From Minisyncoccota bacterium (GTDB taxonomy: Bacteria; Patescibacteriota; Minisyncoccia; Phycocordibacterales; JBAYLF01), in assembly GCA_041664205.1 (NCBI GenBank), contig JBAYLF010000004.1, positions 12,297 through 76,296 of the forward strand: a DNA stretch of 64,000 bases, in the 5' to 3' direction. Within the stretch, counting starts at the first letter, position 1. Each line of letters opens with the position of its first letter. Positions 59,230 to 64,000 of the stretch are shown in pieces. The notes below the pieces were generated by a model. The model worked only from the letters and a program-made list of their open reading frames with translations. It was not told the DNA's origin and ran no database searches. Both the position numbers and the translations under genes were made by a program.

Positions 59230-60216
59230 TTAGTATGCAGTTGTGCGAAAAACCGGCTGAAAAAGTTCGGTTCTATGTTTGCAAACTTTTAAAAAAATGC
59301 ATTTCGAACAATCCGGATAATCCATCTCAGGACAATATCTGCGAGAATTCCACATTTTCTCATCCACAAAAGACATTGGACGTCCTGATAATTTAATAAT
59401 GCGTCTCATAGCACGATCAACAGCCTTACGAATATTTTGTTCAACTCTAGAACTTACCCATCGTCTATTTCTGTTTTTTCCGTATTCATCATCATTTAGA
59501 TCCACAAGACCTAAACGTAATGCTGTGCGCATTAGATGATAATCGATAATCGGCTCCCAATTATAATCATCTTTTACTACAAGAAATTTCTCCGGACGAT
59601 TTGCTAGAACCATCGCTAAAAGCAACATCTTCTTACAAAATTTATCTTCATTGAATCCGTTTTCTCCTTGAAGTCCCCACATCTGTGCAAGAAAATATCC
59701 TAGTGGTTCTTTTTTCTTATTAGATTCTTTAATGACCTTTAAGGGACTTGTTCTATTTCTAATAAAATACTTCCCATACATTCTGGTTATCCTTAATCTT
59801 TCCCATAGATCTGGAAAAGGTATCAAACCCTCATCATCTGTAAAAATTTTAAATAATTCTTCGGGTTTAATTTTAGCAAGATGACGATGTCCAAAAACCA
59901 AAGGATCTTTATCGAATGCTTTTTTGCACACTTTCCATAAAAGATCCGAGCCCTTACAACTATTACCATCAATTGTGCCAACAAGAGGTTTTACATAACC
60001 AGATTCATCTCCGTGCCAAAAACCAAATTGATGAAGACAGACAAAAAAGAAGAAATTTATTGCTTCAGGATGATTAAGTGGCGGATACATATCAGAAGCA
60101 ATGATCAAAAGATCTTTGTTTTTAAAACTGTAAAAATTTAATCCAGATCCACTATCTGGCAGCTGTTTTATAAAAGCTGCGACTTTTTCGATTTGTTCTT
60201 TGTTTATTTTTGCCAT
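59230..60216 (-). CDS. Queuosine-salvage (Qng1/DUF2419)-like glycosylase with C-terminal 4-Cys motif
   Basis: FGFW, D.F.KK..L, IDYH..R..LRLG, C-x7-C-x2-C-x5-C. Confidence 0.6.
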   Translation of the reverse strand: MAKINKEQIEKVAAFIKQLPDSGSGLNFYSFKNKDLLIIASDMYPPLNHPEAINFFFFVCLHQFGFWHGDESGYVKPLVGTIDGNSCKGSDLLWKVCKKAFDKDPLVFGHRHLAKIKPEELFKIFTDDEGLIPFPDLWERLRITRMYGKYFIRNRTSPLKVIKESNKKKEPLGYFLAQMWGLQGENGFNEDKFCKKMLLLAMVLANRPEKFLVVKDDYNWEPIIDYHLMRTALRLGLVDLNDDEYGKNRNRRWVSSRVEQNIRKAVDRAMRRIIKLSGRPMSFVDEKMWNSRRYCPEMDYPDCSKCIFLKVCKHRTELFQPVFRTTAY

Positions 60217-60311
60217 ACTATATTTTCCTTTCGATGTTCTGAACTGAATGCAGTTTATATTAAAATCTTAATCAATGCAAAAACCCGCGCTTTTAAGCGC
60301 AGGTTTTTGTT

Positions 60312-61799
60312 TTATATTTCTTCTTTTTTGTCAGTTTCTTTTTTAGGCTTAAGTGTTGGGAAAAGAATGACTTCGCGAATATTTTTTGTGTTAGTTAAAA
60401 ACATAACTAGACGGTCAATGCCTATTCCTACCCCACCTGCTGGTGGCATACCGTATTCAAGTGCCTCAATAAATTCTTCATCACTAGATTGCGCTTCCTT
60501 ATCTCCCGCTTCTTTGTTTTTATCCTGAATTTTAAATCTTTCTTGCTGGTCTATTGGATCGTTCAATTCAGAAAATGCTTTTAGAAGTTCGATACCATTA
60601 ATAATGAGCTGAAAAGCATCTACTATCTTTGGATCTTTTTCATCTCTTTTGGCAAGTGGTAAATATTCGGCAGGATACTTAACAATAAATGTTGGCTGAA
60701 TAAGTTTTGGTCGGCAGATCTTTTTGAAAATATTATCTAGTATCTTTGCGACAGTGTCACCTTCATCTACTTTTACGCCAAATTGTTGCGCTTTAAGTTT
60801 TAGATCATCTAAACCAATATTTTCTGGATTAGAAATAAGTGCGTAACGACGCAAAACATCAAAATATGAAACAACATTAAATTTCTTTGAAAATTCTATT
60901 TTTTCTCCGCCTGTTGAAACAATTTCTTCTGGTATTTTTTTAACAAGAGCTTTTATAAGTTTTTCGGTAAAAGCCATTTGCTTTGAAGCAGATGAAAAAC
61001 TCTCGTAAAATTCAAGCATTGTAAATTCAGGGTTATGAGTTACATCAATTCCTTCGTTTCTAAAATTCCTACCTATCTCAAAAACTTTAGGAAAACCTGC
61101 GATTAAAAGTTTCTTTAAACAAAGTTCTGGGGCAATACGTAAATAAATATCGGCATCGAGTGCATTGTGATGTGTCTTGAAAGGTAAAGCACTTGCTCCA
61201 CCTGCAAGATACTGAAGCATTGGAGTCTCAACTTCAACATAACCGCTTTTTTCTAAAAAGCTTCTAATTTCTGAAATAATTTTTGAACGCAAAATAAATC
61301 TTTTTTTAATCTCTTCATTCATTAAGATATCGAGATATCTATGTCGAAATCTTTCTTCGACATCTTGAAGACCGTGCCATTTTTCTGGGAGAGGACGGAG
61401 GCTTTTTGAAAGCATTTTCCAACCTATAACCTCTAATGTTTTTTCATTGCGTTTAGTTAAAAATACACTTCCGCTTATCTCAACAAAATCACCAATATCA
61501 ACAGTGTTCAAAAAAAGATCGAATGATTCATCTTTTATAATGTCTTTTTTAATAAGACCTTGAAATTTTGCCGTTCCGTCGTAAACATTGAAAAATATCA
61601 ATCCTCCTTGCGGTCGAAGGGACATAACTCGTCCACCAATAGTAATAGGCTTCTTTTTCGAGAGAAGATCATCAAATTTTTCTACAGTTTCTTCAATAGT
61701 GTGATCAATTTCGGATAAGATAGGATAAGGATTAATACCACTTTCCTTTAGAAGCTCTGATTTTTTAATTCTAACATTTCGTATATCTTCTAAAGACAT
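60312..61799 (-). CDS. lysS: Lysine--tRNA ligase (class II)
   Basis: PLPEKWHG, RYLD, LRIAPEL, FRNEG..THNPEF, YGMPP. Confidence 0.98.
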   Translation of the reverse strand: MSLEDIRNVRIKKSELLKESGINPYPILSEIDHTIEETVEKFDDLLSKKKPITIGGRVMSLRPQGGLIFFNVYDGTAKFQGLIKKDIIKDESFDLFLNTVDIGDFVEISGSVFLTKRNEKTLEVIGWKMLSKSLRPLPEKWHGLQDVEERFRHRYLDILMNEEIKKRFILRSKIISEIRSFLEKSGYVEVETPMLQYLAGGASALPFKTHHNALDADIYLRIAPELCLKKLLIAGFPKVFEIGRNFRNEGIDVTHNPEFTMLEFYESFSSASKQMAFTEKLIKALVKKIPEEIVSTGGEKIEFSKKFNVVSYFDVLRRYALISNPENIGLDDLKLKAQQFGVKVDEGDTVAKILDNIFKKICRPKLIQPTFIVKYPAEYLPLAKRDEKDPKIVDAFQLIINGIELLKAFSELNDPIDQQERFKIQDKNKEAGDKEAQSSDEEFIEALEYGMPPAGGVGIGIDRLVMFLTNTKNIREVILFPTLKPKKETDKKEEI

Positions 61800-61876
61800 T
61801 TGATATTTTTAAGACCTTATATTAATAATAATTGCCCACCTATATAGATAGGATAAAACACCTGGAATTTATTAAA

Positions 61877-62350
61877 TTACTCGATATCGATAATTTTATA
61901 TTTAGCTTCGCCTTTTGGAGTTTTGAATGCAACAACATCACCTTTTTTCTTCCCCATAATTGCCAATCCCAAAGGAGAGTGATTTGAAACTTTTCCATTA
62001 GCCATATCTGCTTCTTCAGAACCAACTATGCTGTATTTTCTCGTATCTCTTTCACCATCTTTTTGAACAACTACTACTGATCCAATACTTGCCACATCAC
62101 TGTGATGTGGAGACACAATAACAGCGTTTTTTAATATGCTTTCAACTTTAGCTATTCTCTCTTCTATGTTAGCCTGCATTTCTCGAGCTTCCTGATATTC
62201 TGCATTTTCTGATAGATCGCCTAATGCCTTTGCAGACTCAAGACTCTCAGCTATTTCCTTTCGGCGAGTCTTTTTCAAATAATCTAACTCCTTAGAAAAT
62301 TCATTAAATTTTTCTTTTGTTAAATACTCCTTGTCTTGTTCTTGATCCAT
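61877..62350 (-). CDS. greA: Transcription elongation factor GreA
   Basis: GDLSENAEY, S..SPLG. Confidence 0.97.
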   Translation of the reverse strand: MDQEQDKEYLTKEKFNEFSKELDYLKKTRRKEIAESLESAKALGDLSENAEYQEAREMQANIEERIAKVESILKNAVIVSPHHSDVASIGSVVVVQKDGERDTRKYSIVGSEEADMANGKVSNHSPLGLAIMGKKKGDVVAFKTPKGEAKYKIIDIE

Positions 62351-62474
62351 ATTATTAATTTAAGCAGACTTGTTGTTTAATAAAATTTTGGCAACAAATC
62401 TTTTGGTAAAATTGTTTACGAACTAATACTACTAAAACATCATGAAAAGTAAAGGATGCAACAGTGGATATATT

Positions 62475-64000
62475 TTAATCAGACTTTGTGTATTCCTTTG
62501 CATTTTTTACCATCCATGTCAGCATCTGATTCATTACATAAGGAGCACCTATTAGATTTGTTTTCGGTCCGCGTTCCATTACTATTGCAAAAGCCCATTC
62601 CGGCTTTTCGTAAGGGAAAAAACCAGTTACCCAAGAATTAACGAAATCCTTTTTCGCACCTAATTCAGCAGTTCCAGTTTTTGCTGCCACATTCACACCA
62701 GGCACATTTAAAGCTTGTGCAGTTCCTCCGGGCATCACTCCTTTTCTCATTCCCTCTCTCACTACTTCAAAATCACTGAGTGGAATATCTACAGTTTTCT
62801 CATTCAGAATAAAATATTCCTGTTTGGTAAGAATCGGATCTAGTAATTTTCCACCATTCGCAATAGCTGCAACAGCTCTAACCATCTGAGCAGGTGTTAC
62901 TTGAAAACCATACTGTCCTATCGCTGTAAGATAAGTATCTCCAACACGCCACGGTTCATTTTGAAAATTTTCCAATTTCCATTCAGGTGTAGGAATAGTT
63001 CCTTTAGGCCCATTAAAAAAACCTTTGACTTCCTCCCCCATTCCAAACATTCTTATATACTTATCAATATTATAAATTCCTAATCCTTTTTGATCTTGAA
63101 AACCACCTCCAATCTCATAAAAATATACGTCTGAAGAAACAGCTATCGCTTGGCGCATATCAACCCAACCATGAGCTTTCCAATCTCTAAAAACTGATGG
63201 CTTACTTTTATCATAAAGGTTCGGAATACTTATTGAGCCTGTGCTTAATATTTTCTTTTCTGGAGTTATAATGCCTTCTTTAAGAGCGCCGAGAGCCACA
63301 TATGGTTTTACTATTGATCCTGGAGTGTATAAACCAGAAGATACTCGATTCAGGAAAGGGTTATTTTTATTTTTTAGATAAGCATTTATTTCTTTACTAT
63401 CGCTTCCATCAGATAAAACGTTTGAATTATATTCAGGGAAAGTAGTAATGGCAAGAACTTCTCCCGTCTTAATATTCATTATTATTCCTGCACCACCTTG
63501 AAATGAAACCTTGCGAGCTGTTTCAGAAATAATTTCATACAATTTATTTTGAACATTCGAATCAATTGTTAATGTGAGAGTTTGACCTTCTTGAGGCGGT
63601 TCTATCTTATATGAAGATTGAATATTGCCTAAAGCGTCAGTTTCTATAACCTGGACACCATTTTTCCCAGTAAGAGAGGAGTTATAGAACTTCTCTACTC
63701 CGTCTTTTCCATCATAAGATTCATTCCAATAAATGCCGGCATTATCTTTAGTTGGATACTTAACATAACCCAAAAGGTTTGCGAATCCGTTCAAATCTAT
63801 ATATTTTCTCAAAGAATAATTTTCATCTTCAGGATTTACAGTATTCCACACCAAAGGAACATTATTACGATCATTAATAACTCCCCTTTCTGAAAATATA
63901 AGACTATTTTTTAATCTGTTATTTTCACTCTTTTTTACATACATCTCACCATCTCTAACTTGCAATATCCAAACTTTGGAAAAAACTACAAAAAGGATGA
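62475..64000 (-). CDS. mrdA: Penicillin-binding protein 2 (MrdA-like), N-terminus outside window
   Basis: RG.I.DR, PGSIVK, SSD, AIGQ, KTGTAE; frame open to window end. Confidence 0.88.
   Translation of the reverse strand, partial: ILFVVFSKVWILQVRDGEMYVKKSENNRLKNSLIFSERGVINDRNNVPLVWNTVNPEDENYSLRKYIDLNGFANLLGYVKYPTKDNAGIYWNESYDGKDGVEKFYNSSLTGKNGVQVIETDALGNIQSSYKIEPPQEGQTLTLTIDSNVQNKLYEIISETARKVSFQGGAGIIMNIKTGEVLAITTFPEYNSNVLSDGSDSKEINAYLKNKNNPFLNRVSSGLYTPGSIVKPYVALGALKEGIITPEKKILSTGSISIPNLYDKSKPSVFRDWKAHGWVDMRQAIAVSSDVYFYEIGGGFQDQKGLGIYNIDKYIRMFGMGEEVKGFFNGPKGTIPTPEWKLENFQNEPWRVGDTYLTAIGQYGFQVTPAQMVRAVAAIANGGKLLDPILTKQEYFILNEKTVDIPLSDFEVVREGMRKGVMPGGTAQALNVPGVNVAAKTGTAELGAKKDFVNSWVTGFFPYEKPEWAFAIVMERGPKTNLIGAPYVMNQMLTWMVKNAKEYTKSD

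Overview
AT-rich chromosomal segment from a small-genome bacterium. Gene content suggests Patescibacteria/CPR, Parcubacteria-like (inference): compact AlaRS, AspRS and L13, a split dcw cluster and CPR-type surface proteins. Core content: mltG, mnmA, pcm, udg, pepF, alaS, the infA-rpmJ-rpsM-rpsK-rpsD-rpoA-rplQ-rplM-rpsI block, gltX, mraY-ftsW-murG, scpAB, aspS, trpS, grpE-dnaK-dnaJ, dnaB, recR, rplU, rmuC, mpg, mraZ-rsmH-ftsL-ftsI-murF, lysS, greA, PBP2 and tRNA-Glu(CTC). I found no CRISPR array, rRNA, integrase, transposase or reverse transcriptase. Small self-contained orphan modules (promoter, Shine-Dalgarno, ORF, hairpin) and several families of palindromic elements sit between the core genes. 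Best leads: (1) a tRNA-Glu-anchored mini-island with an anti-tRNA inverted copy, an AbrB/MraZ-like ORF and a convergently promoted ~115-nt rod RNA; (2) an actin-fold plus baseplate-J-like membrane protein pair; (3) an ATP-cone nuclease plus RecB-like nuclease pair; (4) a queuosine-glycosylase-like protein with an EndoIII-type Fe-S motif; (5) two orphan DGR-target-like proteins; (6) a promoter-driven ~70-nt sRNA candidate. All family assignments come from reading motifs by eye, with no database searches.
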